From assembly GCA_964562265.1 (NCBI GenBank), contig CAZLSN010000001.1:1-63008 (forward strand): DNA of 63,008 nucleotides, in the 5' to 3' direction. Under the pieces are notes generated by a model, which was not told the origin of the DNA, did no database searches, and worked only from the letters and a program-made list of their open reading frames with translations. This DNA is from an uncultured Oscillospiraceae bacterium. Lineage in GTDB: Bacteria; Bacillota; Clostridia; Oscillospirales; Oscillospiraceae. A program made the position numbers and the translations under genes. The number at the start of each line of letters is the position of its first letter. The first letter of the stretch is position 1. This document shows, piece after piece, positions 45,056 through 53,338 of this stretch.

Positions 45056-45682
45056 TTACGGCAGCGAATAGTACAGCGTTTTCATATCACCGGAGCTGCA
45101 ATCGTGGGAATCAACACGGTGTATTGCCTCGCCGTCGCTCCAGGTGAGCGAAAGGTAGGTGCCGCTTTTATCCTGCATTGCCGTGAGTATCGCCGTCCCT
45201 ATCAGATCGTAGGCTATCTCCTTGCCGGAAAGCGCCGGAATATCGGCGGCGTTTTTAGCGGAGAAAAGCTCAAAGCTATGTCCGTGCCACTTAAACCTGA
45301 CGACCGAAACGGCATCGTCCACGACGGCAAAGGAAAGGGGCAGGGCGTCATCGGGAATGGCGGGATCAATGCCGAGGCGGGCTTTAATATCGTCCGCATT
45401 GTCCACATGTTCGACGCCTTCTTCACTGTGATAGGCTGCCGACTTGCCCATGTCGCCGCTTAAAAGGGCGATGTTATCGTCGCCCTCGGGCAGCAGTGCG
45501 GCAAGGGCGATGACGAGGGCAAAGCAGGCAGCAAGGGGAAGATAGCGCACAAGGTTTTTCTTTTTATCGCTTTTGCGCTCGGCCGCTGCCTTTGCCTTTA
45601 TGTTTTCGAGCATTCGCTCCTTTGCACCGTCCTCCGGTATTATGGAATCTATTGAGTTTTTAACGGTCTCTCTGTCATTCAT
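45056..45682 (-). CDS. Putative anti-sigma factor (single-pass membrane protein, DUF4367-like C-domain)
   Basis: ATGA overlap with the sigma gene stop. 208 aa with a TM (YLPLAACFALVIALAALL) and a ~140-aa extracytoplasmic domain. No zf-HC2 motif seen. Start trimmed from ORF 45886 to 45682. Confidence 0.6.
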   Translation of the reverse strand: MNDRETVKNSIDSIIPEDGAKERMLENIKAKAAAERKSDKKKNLVRYLPLAACFALVIALAALLPEGDDNIALLSGDMGKSAAYHSEEGVEHVDNADDIKARLGIDPAIPDDALPLSFAVVDDAVSVVRFKWHGHSFELFSAKNAADIPALSGKEIAYDLIGTAILTAMQDKSGTYLSLTWSDGEAIHRVDSHDCSSGDMKTLYYSLP

Positions 45683-46158
45683 ATATCGTCCCTCAGAATA
45701 TCTCCAAGCAGTTTTCTCGCATCTCTGAGCTGATTTCTTACGGTGGATGGCGGTCTGCGCAAAAGTCTTGCCGTCTCCTCGGCTGTCAGACCGTCGTAAT
45801 AGTAAAGCCAGACGACATCCTTGAGCTTCACCGGAAGCTTCAGCACCGCCTCGGTCACATAACCGAGATCCTCTTTTTCCTCGCATTCCGCCTCCTGCAC
45901 CGAATCGTCATACAGCGAGATCGTGTGCTTTCTTGCGTGGCTTTTGAGCCTGTCCTTGCAAAGATTCATCGCGGTGACGGTGAGCCACTTTTGCTCATGA
46001 GTCTCATCCTCAAAGCGGTGACGGCCGGAAAGCACCTTTACGAAGACATCCTCGGTGCAATCCTCCGCCTCCGCAGAGTTTTTCATATACGAAAAGCAAA
46101 GACGGTATACATATTTCCAATGCCTTTCGTAGAAGGCTTCAAAGTCTGTTTCCGACAT
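45679..46158 (-). CDS. ECF-type RNA polymerase sigma-70 factor
   Basis: Region 2 (FEAFYERHWKYVYRLCFSYMKN..AEDCTEDVFVKV) and region 4 HTH (DGLTAEETARLLRRPPSTVRNQLRDARKLL). Start trimmed to ATG 46158 with a GGAGG RBS. Confidence 0.85.
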   Translation of the reverse strand: MSETDFEAFYERHWKYVYRLCFSYMKNSAEAEDCTEDVFVKVLSGRHRFEDETHEQKWLTVTAMNLCKDRLKSHARKHTISLYDDSVQEAECEEKEDLGYVTEAVLKLPVKLKDVVWLYYYDGLTAEETARLLRRPPSTVRNQLRDARKLLGDILRDDI

Positions 46159-46173
46159 CAATTGTCCTCCGAG

Positions 46174-46204
46174 TATATAACGAATGTCGCCGCCGAAATG
46201 TCGG
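46174..46204 (-). promoter_or_regulatory. ECF-type promoter motif, copy 2 (autoregulatory position upstream of the sigma gene)
   Basis: Minus strand reads CCGACATTTCG-N9-TTCGTTATATA, 16 nt upstream of the sigma ATG. It shares the upstream A/T tract TTTTTKAAAATC with copy 1. Confidence 0.65.
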
Positions 46205-46211
46205 GCAGATT

Positions 46212-46247
46212 TTAAAAAATCTCGCAGATCCGAAGGTCTGCGGGATT
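46212..46247 (-). terminator. Rho-independent terminator after tagD
   Basis: Minus strand reads ATCCCGCAGA-ccttcgga-TCTGCGAGAT followed by TTTTTT. Confidence 0.75.
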
Positions 46248-46256
46248 TTTCAATGT

Positions 46257-46658
46257 TCACTTACCGTCCTTTGTGTGAAGCTCCTCTTTGATCTTCGTCG
46301 AGGATATTTCGGGGGTTCGGGGGAGATACACGACCTCACACTGCGACTTTAAGAAGTCGAATTTGCCCTCCCAGTCGTCGCCTATGACGAAGGTATCTAT
46401 GTCGTACTTCTCGACATCGACCGCCTTCTGATCCCACGAGCACTCGGGGATGACGAGATCGACATAGCGGATCGCCTCAAGCAGCATCTTGCGCTCCTCA
46501 TATGAGAAGTAGCTGCGCTTGTTTTTTTCGTTGAGATTAAATTCGTCGGTGGAAAGACCCACAACGAGGTAATCGCCGAGAGCTTTGGCACGGCGAAGAA
46601 GATTTATATGTCCGTAATGCAGAAGGTCGAAGGTGCCGTAGGTTAGAACTCTTTTCAT
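46257..46658 (-). CDS. tagD: Glycerol-3-phosphate cytidylyltransferase
   Basis: 133 aa. MKRVLTYGTFDLLHYGHINLL (HxGH) and RTPEISSTKIKEEL (RTxGISTT-like). ATGA overlap with the upstream tagF stop. The 280-aa ORF-track extension is out-of-frame overlap noise. Confidence 0.92.
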   Translation of the reverse strand: MKRVLTYGTFDLLHYGHINLLRRAKALGDYLVVGLSTDEFNLNEKNKRSYFSYEERKMLLEAIRYVDLVIPECSWDQKAVDVEKYDIDTFVIGDDWEGKFDFLKSQCEVVYLPRTPEISSTKIKEELHTKDGK

Positions 46659-47809
46659 TCCGTTTTGCCTCCAATGTTCAGCTTGTCTATTATCCAATCG
46701 GCACAGCGTTCCGAGGCTTTGCCGTCCTCGACTATGCCGTTTTTCTCGGTGAATCCTTCCCAACGCTCTTTGTACCTTGCGGCATCGAAGCACTCGACCG
46801 CCGCAGAAAGAGCGTCGTTGCTCTCGCACAGCGAAAATGGCAGAGCGTCGAGGGGAAGATTGAAGTTGCGGTCGTTTTTGTACGCCTCGATGTCGGTCGC
46901 AAACTGGAAGACCGGACGGCCGCTCAGGGCAAAGTCGAACATGCATGAGGAGTAATCGGTTATCAGCATGTCGGCGGCGTACATAAGCTCCGCCATATCG
47001 GGATAGTGGGTTGTGTTTAAAATCCTTTTGCCATCGTAGGAGAAGAGACCGTCGGACCTGTCGTCCACATTTGGGTGCAGCCTCACAAGCAGACTCCACT
47101 CACCGCCGAAGCGTTTTTCACAGGCGGAAAGGAGCTTCTCGGGGTCGAGCCTGTAGACATCGGTGCTTTTGTCCGCGCGGAAGGTCGGAGCGTACAGCAC
47201 GAGATGACGATCAGACTCAAGCTTCAGCGCATCGAAAACCTTCTGCCGGAGCGAAGGCTCATCACGGAAGAACACATCGTTTCTCGGTGAACCGAACTCG
47301 GCGATCTCACCGTCGTACCAAAACGAATTGCGGTAAATATCGGTCATAAAGCGGCTGTTTGAAACTATGAGGTCGCACTGCCTTGAGTCCCTTTTCGCAT
47401 ACTCGGGGTATTCGGGCGGGAGAGCGTCGGCGGCATCCTTCTCTATGCGCTTCAGGGCAAAGCCATGCCAGGTCTGCAAATAATACTGCCCCGAACGCTT
47501 GAATCTTGCCCCCTTGCGGCAGTTATCGACCCAGACCTTTGCCTGCATGAGCGTCGTTATGCGGGCTTTGGAATCAATGTCCACCGCACGGACGCCCTCG
47601 GGCAGCTCAACGCCGTCGGGATCTTTAAGCAGCCAAACGATGTCCGCCTCCGGACACTTTTTGCGCAGCAGCTCACTTATAGCAGCGGGACTGTCGGAAA
47701 CGGCTCTGCCGTAGTAGCTCGAAAACACGACCATGTTTTCGCGTATGGGGCGAAGTCTTGCGGCTGTCCATATTGCGGCGGCTGCCGCATTGTGCAGGAG
47801 CTTTGGCAT
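46655..47809 (-). CDS. CDP-glycerol glycerophosphotransferase family protein (TagB/TagF-like), copy 2
   Basis: 384 aa. LQTWHGFALKRIEKD, VLYAPTFR, VRLHPNV, ITDYSSCMFDFALSGRPV. Confidence 0.85.
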   Translation of the reverse strand: MPKLLHNAAAAAIWTAARLRPIRENMVVFSSYYGRAVSDSPAAISELLRKKCPEADIVWLLKDPDGVELPEGVRAVDIDSKARITTLMQAKVWVDNCRKGARFKRSGQYYLQTWHGFALKRIEKDAADALPPEYPEYAKRDSRQCDLIVSNSRFMTDIYRNSFWYDGEIAEFGSPRNDVFFRDEPSLRQKVFDALKLESDRHLVLYAPTFRADKSTDVYRLDPEKLLSACEKRFGGEWSLLVRLHPNVDDRSDGLFSYDGKRILNTTHYPDMAELMYAADMLITDYSSCMFDFALSGRPVFQFATDIEAYKNDRNFNLPLDALPFSLCESNDALSAAVECFDAARYKERWEGFTEKNGIVEDGKASERCADWIIDKLNIGGKTE

Positions 47810-47811
47810 TT

Positions 47812-49089
47812 TCAGTCCTCCTTCGGCTGCGGCGGAGTGCGCAGCAGCTCACGGTGCCTTACTATGACGGTAAGGCGGTATGCGAGAATAAGCGTTTCGG
47901 TAAGCGATACGGTGCAGCCGAGAGTGACGGTGCTCATGTTGCCGGTGGCAAAGAGAATGAGCAAAACGGAGATGTGGCAGACCGTACCGAAGATGACGGA
48001 GTAGTTTGCATGCTTTGTAAGTCCCATCGCACTGAGCATGGGGAAGCCGCAGATATAGCTGGGCAGTATTACGATGCCCACGGGGAGCATGGCACGGAGT
48101 ATATCCCCCGCCGCTGCGAACTCGGTACCGAAGAGCAGGATGCACAGAGGCTCCGCCCAGATAAATGCGGCGGTGCAGCCGACGATTATCACCGGCATGA
48201 CAATGAGCATGACCTTGCGAACGAGCTTAAAATCACGGTTCTTGACCATGTAGGGATAAAGGCTGTCCGACACCGGAGACAGGGCGTTTTTGCCGGCTGT
48301 TATGAGCTTATCCGCACTTGTGTACAGTCCCGTTGCGGCACCGCCTGCGGAAAGAATGTCGATCAAAACGGTGTTGAATGCGGTGTAGGCAGTCGTTGCG
48401 ATGCGGGAGTAGAAAAAGGTCGAAGCACGGCGAAGAAGTGTCCCCGCGGTTTTTGCTCCGCTGCGGCAAAGCGAAATGCCGAAGCTCTTTTTCAGATGAG
48501 CCATTGCGGCGATGAGTGCGGCACCGTTGCCGATGATATTCAAAACAGGGACTATGAGTATGTCCTCGGGCTTTTTGAGGAAGATGAAGATGGCGGCGGT
48601 GAAGAACACACGGATCGAGACCGTGCGGACGGTTATCGCCGTCATGCGTTCAAGCCCCCTGTAAAGGTAGTCGGGGATAAAGGAGGTAAGGGCTGTGGAT
48701 ATGAAAAACAGGACGAAAAGCGTCTGCTTATCACGCCATGTGGGGATGAGAGCGCAAAGCACAAGGAGCAGCACTGCGGCGATGACCGATAAAAAGAGCT
48801 TGCACACTGTAACGCCGCTGAATATTTCGCACAAGACCTTCTTGTCGTCACGGCGGCGGGAGACTTCCTCCGTTGCGGAGAGCATAAAGCCGAAGTCGAT
48901 AAAGAGCTGGAAATAGACCATGACCGCGGTTGCGACGCCCAAAGAGCCGTAGACCGAGGGACCGAGAATTCTCGTCTCATAGGGTATGACCGCCAGATTC
49001 AGCAGGGTTCCCGAAAATTGCAGGATATAGAGCATGACGGTGTTTTTGAGAAGAACGCCCCGCTTTGAGCCGAGACCGAATTTTTTCAT
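47812..49089 (-). CDS. Polysaccharide flippase (Wzx/MOP superfamily)
   Basis: ~425 aa with ~12 TM. N-terminus LLKNTVMLYILQFSGTLLNLAVIPYETRILG. Start is ATG 49089 with a GAGAGG RBS (the ORF-track start at 49104 is a TTG). Confidence 0.8.
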   Translation of the reverse strand: MKKFGLGSKRGVLLKNTVMLYILQFSGTLLNLAVIPYETRILGPSVYGSLGVATAVMVYFQLFIDFGFMLSATEEVSRRRDDKKVLCEIFSGVTVCKLFLSVIAAVLLLVLCALIPTWRDKQTLFVLFFISTALTSFIPDYLYRGLERMTAITVRTVSIRVFFTAAIFIFLKKPEDILIVPVLNIIGNGAALIAAMAHLKKSFGISLCRSGAKTAGTLLRRASTFFYSRIATTAYTAFNTVLIDILSAGGAATGLYTSADKLITAGKNALSPVSDSLYPYMVKNRDFKLVRKVMLIVMPVIIVGCTAAFIWAEPLCILLFGTEFAAAGDILRAMLPVGIVILPSYICGFPMLSAMGLTKHANYSVIFGTVCHISVLLILFATGNMSTVTLGCTVSLTETLILAYRLTVIVRHRELLRTPPQPKED

Positions 49090-49100
49090 GGCATAGCCTC

Positions 49101-50081
49101 TCAAATGCTGTTTTTTATCTTAAATAGCAAAGCAAGTGTGCGGTAAGCACGGCGGTTTAAAAGCTTGTAGCAAAGCTTTTGCGCCGAGGAAAAATGACCG
49201 AAGTCAAGCGATACGGGATGATCGGGGAAATCGCTCCAGAATCTCTCCCGAAGCTCCTTTAATATGGGGGATTTTCTGTCTGCCTGCAAGACTCTGACGG
49301 AGGCGGCAATGTACAAATGCTCACATTCGAGGGTGCAGAGCTCACGGCGGAATTCATCGTAAAGACCGTTTTCGTTAAACCAGTCGGATATGTCGTCAAA
49401 CGCCTCGATTATCTCACGGCAGCGGTTTACATTGCCGCTGCGCATGATGGAGCCCTGGCGGGCAAGATAACAGTAGAGTGGAGCGTCGAGGGTGACGATG
49501 GACTTCGCCTTCGCAAAAAGCTTTGTGCTTGTGCGGATGTCCTCATACCAGACCCTTGAGGGGAAAACTATGCCGTTATCGGCAAAAAGGCTTCTTTTCC
49601 ATATCCTTGCCCATGCGGCGGGCAGAGACTCCAAAAATTCGGGGTGATCCTTGAGACCGAAAACTCCGTCGTAAACAGAAGATATGCGCAAAAGGCTGCG
49701 ATTATCCGCCTCATCGACCTGATACATCTGGAATGAGTAAATGTCAGCTCCGCTTTCGTTTATCGCCTCGGTGAGGGTGGACAGCGCATCGGGAACGATG
49801 GTGTCGTCGCTGTCAACGAAAAAGAGGTAGTCGCCCACGGCCTCAGCCATGCCTGTGTTCCTCGCACCGCCGAGTCCCTTGTTCTCCTGATGGATAACAC
49901 GGATGAGTCCGGGATGCCTTGCCGCGTTTTCATCGCATATCGCAGGGGATACGCCGTCGGTGCTGCCGTCGTCAACGAGAATGATCTCGCAGTCGGAGCA
50001 GTCGTTTTGCAGCACGGAATCTATGCACTTTTGCAGGTATTCCTCAACATTGTAAACCGGTATAACGATACTGAAAAGCAT
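49101..50081 (-). CDS. Family 2 glycosyltransferase
   Basis: FSIVIPVYNVEEYLQKCIDS...ILVDDGSTDG...FFVDSDD (GT-A DxD). Confidence 0.88.
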   Translation of the reverse strand: MLFSIVIPVYNVEEYLQKCIDSVLQNDCSDCEIILVDDGSTDGVSPAICDENAARHPGLIRVIHQENKGLGGARNTGMAEAVGDYLFFVDSDDTIVPDALSTLTEAINESGADIYSFQMYQVDEADNRSLLRISSVYDGVFGLKDHPEFLESLPAAWARIWKRSLFADNGIVFPSRVWYEDIRTSTKLFAKAKSIVTLDAPLYCYLARQGSIMRSGNVNRCREIIEAFDDISDWFNENGLYDEFRRELCTLECEHLYIAASVRVLQADRKSPILKELRERFWSDFPDHPVSLDFGHFSSAQKLCYKLLNRRAYRTLALLFKIKNSI

Positions 50082-50107
50082 GTCCGTTTACTCTCCCTTG
50101 TATGAAT

Positions 50108-50184
50108 ACTGTTGCCGACGAATAAGATGGTCGGAACTCAAATCTCTATCGCAGGGGGGCGGGCTTCCCGTCCCTGTTTATCGG
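50108..50184 (-). repeat. Mosaic intergenic repeat, copy G (inverted, degenerate)
   Basis: Minus strand reads AACAGGGACGGGAAGCCCGCCCCCCTGCGATAG. Compare CCGACAAGCGGGACGGGAGACCCCTCCCCTGCGATG in copy B. A GTTCCGAC...GTCGGCAAC hairpin is also present. Confidence 0.55.
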
Positions 50185-50187
50185 CGA

Positions 50188-51669
50188 TCAGATCGTGCGG
50201 ATGTCCCCGTTTTCATCGGGGTATTTTTTTATCTTCACAAGGTAGTACACACACGCCAAAACAAAGGCGAGGTAGAACGAGGCGTTGGGTCTGCGCAGAA
50301 CACCGGCGGTGCAGTACACATGGATGAGGCACAGCACGAGAGCGATGCCGCAGCCCGCTGCGTCAAGTGTGAAGTATTTCTTGGGATCACGGATCAGTGC
50401 CTTTATGATGATAAGCACAAAGTAGAGCAAAAAGGCAAGCATGGCGGCAAGACCGACGGCACCGTAAAGGAAGTAGATGCCATGCAGATCGTTTTCGACA
50501 TCGTAGATGTTTTCTCCGACGGTGAATCTGCCGAGCTCCAGACCGAAGATGCCTGCTGAGGCGGGGGATTCATCCATGAGCAGGCGGGCAAACTGAAGCT
50601 TTTTGGGTCTCGTTTCGGTTATGGTGTTTATGTCGGACGAGAAGTTGAACATCTCTATGGTTCTTCTTGCGCCGAATATCTCAACAAAATCGGCACAGTA
50701 GAATGCGTAAATGGGGGTCAGGGCATCGACGAAAGCCGTGATCCTGCGTTCCCGCTCCTCATCGCTTATGCCCTCCTCATCGATGGGCAGCAGCTCCACA
50801 CCGTCATCAACGGCGTCGTCTATGATCTCCTGCCTGTGTGCCTGAGAAGCATAGTAGCTGTCCTGATGCTTCTGCATGGGGGAGAAAGGCATGAGACCGA
50901 CGAAGATCGCACCGACGACGCAGAACACCACGGCACGCTTCCAATCGGAACGACGAATGAGTATCATCGAAAGCGCAATGCCGAAGGCGGTGGCGGCGAT
51001 GCCGAAGAAGCAAAGCCTTGTGCCGAAGAAGTACATTGCGATAAAACCGCCGATGAGTGACAGCCAAAACAGGGGGCTGCCCATGCCCTTTTTGATGTAC
51101 AGCCAAACTACAGCCAGAGGAACGAGCATGTCGAGGATAGAGCTTTGGGAATTGGTGTTCGAGAACCAGCCGATGTAGCCGGAGCCGTCCTGATAGGTGT
51201 GGGGTTCGGTACCGGTTATCTGTGCAAGTATCTCAACGGCGAGGATGAAAAACAGGATTATGACCGCTGCCCTGCGCATTGAACCGTAGACCTCATCACC
51301 GCAGCGCAAAAAGCTTATGAGGCATATCGCCGTCCACGGCATTTGCAGCACACGGACATAGTTCGTGAGATCCTGCACGGGGTTTGAATAGCCGGCATCG
51401 ACACATGCGTAAACATGACCCAGACCTATGACGACACTGACTGCGGCGGCGATATAATAGACCTTTTTGCGGGTCGAAACGACAAAGCCGAACAGCACGA
51501 CGGCAGCCAGCACCGCAAAGCGCAGCAGCAGGGTGGGGGTGTTGGACATACCGAGTCTGTCAAGCCAGAATGACAGCACATCCATTACGGGCTGAATAAG
51601 GCAGATGACGGCAACTATCACCGGCATATGACGGCGCAGAAAGTCGGCTGCCTTGTTGTAATTAGTCAT
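50188..51669 (-). CDS. O-antigen ligase/polymerase-like membrane protein (Wzy_C-like), paralog 1
   Basis: 493 aa with ~12 TM and a ~100-aa soluble insert. Motifs shared with paralog 2 are FGLELG, DVENDLHGIYFLYGAVGL and TAGVLRRPNAS. Confidence 0.7.
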   Translation of the reverse strand: MTNYNKAADFLRRHMPVIVAVICLIQPVMDVLSFWLDRLGMSNTPTLLLRFAVLAAVVLFGFVVSTRKKVYYIAAAVSVVIGLGHVYACVDAGYSNPVQDLTNYVRVLQMPWTAICLISFLRCGDEVYGSMRRAAVIILFFILAVEILAQITGTEPHTYQDGSGYIGWFSNTNSQSSILDMLVPLAVVWLYIKKGMGSPLFWLSLIGGFIAMYFFGTRLCFFGIAATAFGIALSMILIRRSDWKRAVVFCVVGAIFVGLMPFSPMQKHQDSYYASQAHRQEIIDDAVDDGVELLPIDEEGISDEERERRITAFVDALTPIYAFYCADFVEIFGARRTIEMFNFSSDINTITETRPKKLQFARLLMDESPASAGIFGLELGRFTVGENIYDVENDLHGIYFLYGAVGLAAMLAFLLYFVLIIIKALIRDPKKYFTLDAAGCGIALVLCLIHVYCTAGVLRRPNASFYLAFVLACVYYLVKIKKYPDENGDIRTI

Positions 51670-51690
51670 GTATATAATCCTTTCGTCAGA

Positions 51691-53139
51691 TCAGTCATTA
51701 CGGCGGAGCTTGACTCCGTCGGTCAAAAACACAGTGCATGCAAGCACTATCGCAAAATAGATCGATGCGTTCGGCCTTCGCAGAACGCCTGCCGTGGCAT
51801 AAGCGTGGGCAAGGCAGGTGATGAGGGCGATGCCCCATGCAGCCGTTTCAAATGTAAAGTACCGTCGGGGGTCTTTTATGAGAGCCTTCACGATGCGGAG
51901 AATAAAATACAGCAAAAATACCGCAAGCAGCAAAAGTCCGACGGCACCGCAAAGGTAATAGATGCCGTGGAAGTCGTTTTCGACATCGAAGACCTGCCCC
52001 TCGTAGCTTATATCACCGAGTTCAAGGCCGAAGAGGGTGCAGATGAATGGCGAATCCTGCATTAAAAGCTTGCAGAAATTTATCTTCGCCCGACGAACAT
52101 CGCAAATATCACCGGCACTTTCGGAGTAGTCGTAAAGCTTTACGACTCTGTCAAGTCCGAATCTTCCGACCAAACCGCCGAGGTATTCCTCATAGGCATC
52201 GGCAAGCCTTACCGTGCGAAACTCCTCATCGGGGAGCTCCATCGATACGGTAAGCCGGGCGGCATCGGCCTTTTGTATGAGCTCATCGATATGCTCCTGC
52301 TTTTTGACTGCATTCTCCGCAACGAGGGTTTGATTCTTCGTCATCGGAGATACGGGGATCAGTGCCGCAAAAATGACCGTAAGCCCAAGCAAAACGGCTA
52401 TGCAGCCCTTTCTGCTCCTGTTCGTTATCACAAGGGTCAGAGCAAGACCGAGTCCCGTGACGATGAGAGAAAAATACGCAAGCCTTGTCGCAAAGAAAAA
52501 CAGCAGCGAAAACACTGCGGCGGCGGCAATAAGTGTGGGCAGGGGCCTATACTCGAAATGCCGTATCACAAAGCAGAGAACAAGGGGAGCCAGCACCGAA
52601 AGTATCGCACTTTGGGAGCTGGTGTTCAAAAACCAGCCCAAAAGCCCGATCTCTTTGTTTGCATAGGTGTAGGGGTTTGTACCCGTCACAAGGCTTAAAA
52701 GCTCCGATGCCGCAATGATGACAAGACAAACGCAAAGTGCCCGTTTTAGCTCCGGATACACCTTTTCGTCGGCACGGAGAAAGCTTATGAAGCATATCGC
52801 CGTGATGGGGAGCTGATATATCCTCAGAAGATTTGCCCAATCGGAAACGATCGACGAATAGCCGGAGATGAACTGTGCCGCAGTGTGCAGCAGCGTGAAA
52901 ATGAGCATTAGCGACAGCGTGATGAGATATGCCTTTTTCCTGTTACTCAAAACGAAGGCGGTCGCGAGGATGAAGCACAGCATTAAAAAGCGCAGCACAG
53001 TAGTCACCGCACTAAAGCCTCCGGCTTCAGCAAAGTAAGACAGCACATCGAGCAGCGGCTGCATTATACACAGCACGAATACGATGCGGCATATTTGCGG
53101 CGACAGCTTTTGCCTTGCCATATCGGAGATACGCTCCAT
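51691..53139 (-). CDS. O-antigen ligase/polymerase-like membrane protein (Wzy_C-like), paralog 2
   Basis: ~482 aa with the same architecture and motifs as 50188-51669. Start is ATG 53139 with a GGAGGAAAGG RBS (the ORF-track start at 53163 is a TTG). Confidence 0.7.
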   Translation of the reverse strand: MERISDMARQKLSPQICRIVFVLCIMQPLLDVLSYFAEAGGFSAVTTVLRFLMLCFILATAFVLSNRKKAYLITLSLMLIFTLLHTAAQFISGYSSIVSDWANLLRIYQLPITAICFISFLRADEKVYPELKRALCVCLVIIAASELLSLVTGTNPYTYANKEIGLLGWFLNTSSQSAILSVLAPLVLCFVIRHFEYRPLPTLIAAAAVFSLLFFFATRLAYFSLIVTGLGLALTLVITNRSRKGCIAVLLGLTVIFAALIPVSPMTKNQTLVAENAVKKQEHIDELIQKADAARLTVSMELPDEEFRTVRLADAYEEYLGGLVGRFGLDRVVKLYDYSESAGDICDVRRAKINFCKLLMQDSPFICTLFGLELGDISYEGQVFDVENDFHGIYYLCGAVGLLLLAVFLLYFILRIVKALIKDPRRYFTFETAAWGIALITCLAHAYATAGVLRRPNASIYFAIVLACTVFLTDGVKLRRND

Positions 53140-53338
53140 TACCTTTCCTCCGTTTCTTTGCAATCATTAAATTGTACCATGAGCGGAGAGCCGTGTCAAT
53201 TAACGACAGTGCCGATAATGGACGGGAAGGGGATTTTGATTTGTAAACTTTTTTGAAAAAAGTATCCCCCCATGGGGCTTGCGTATAAGCTTTGACATAC
53301 CGTATAATAATCAAAAAATAGACAATCGGGAGAAAGCC

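Noticed and set aside
46257-47099. 280-aa ORF suggesting a long N-terminal extension on TagD.
   Set aside because: The extension overlaps the TagF-like gene out of frame and is Arg-rich junk. A canonical 133-aa TagD starts at ATG 46658 in an ATGA overlap with the upstream stop.
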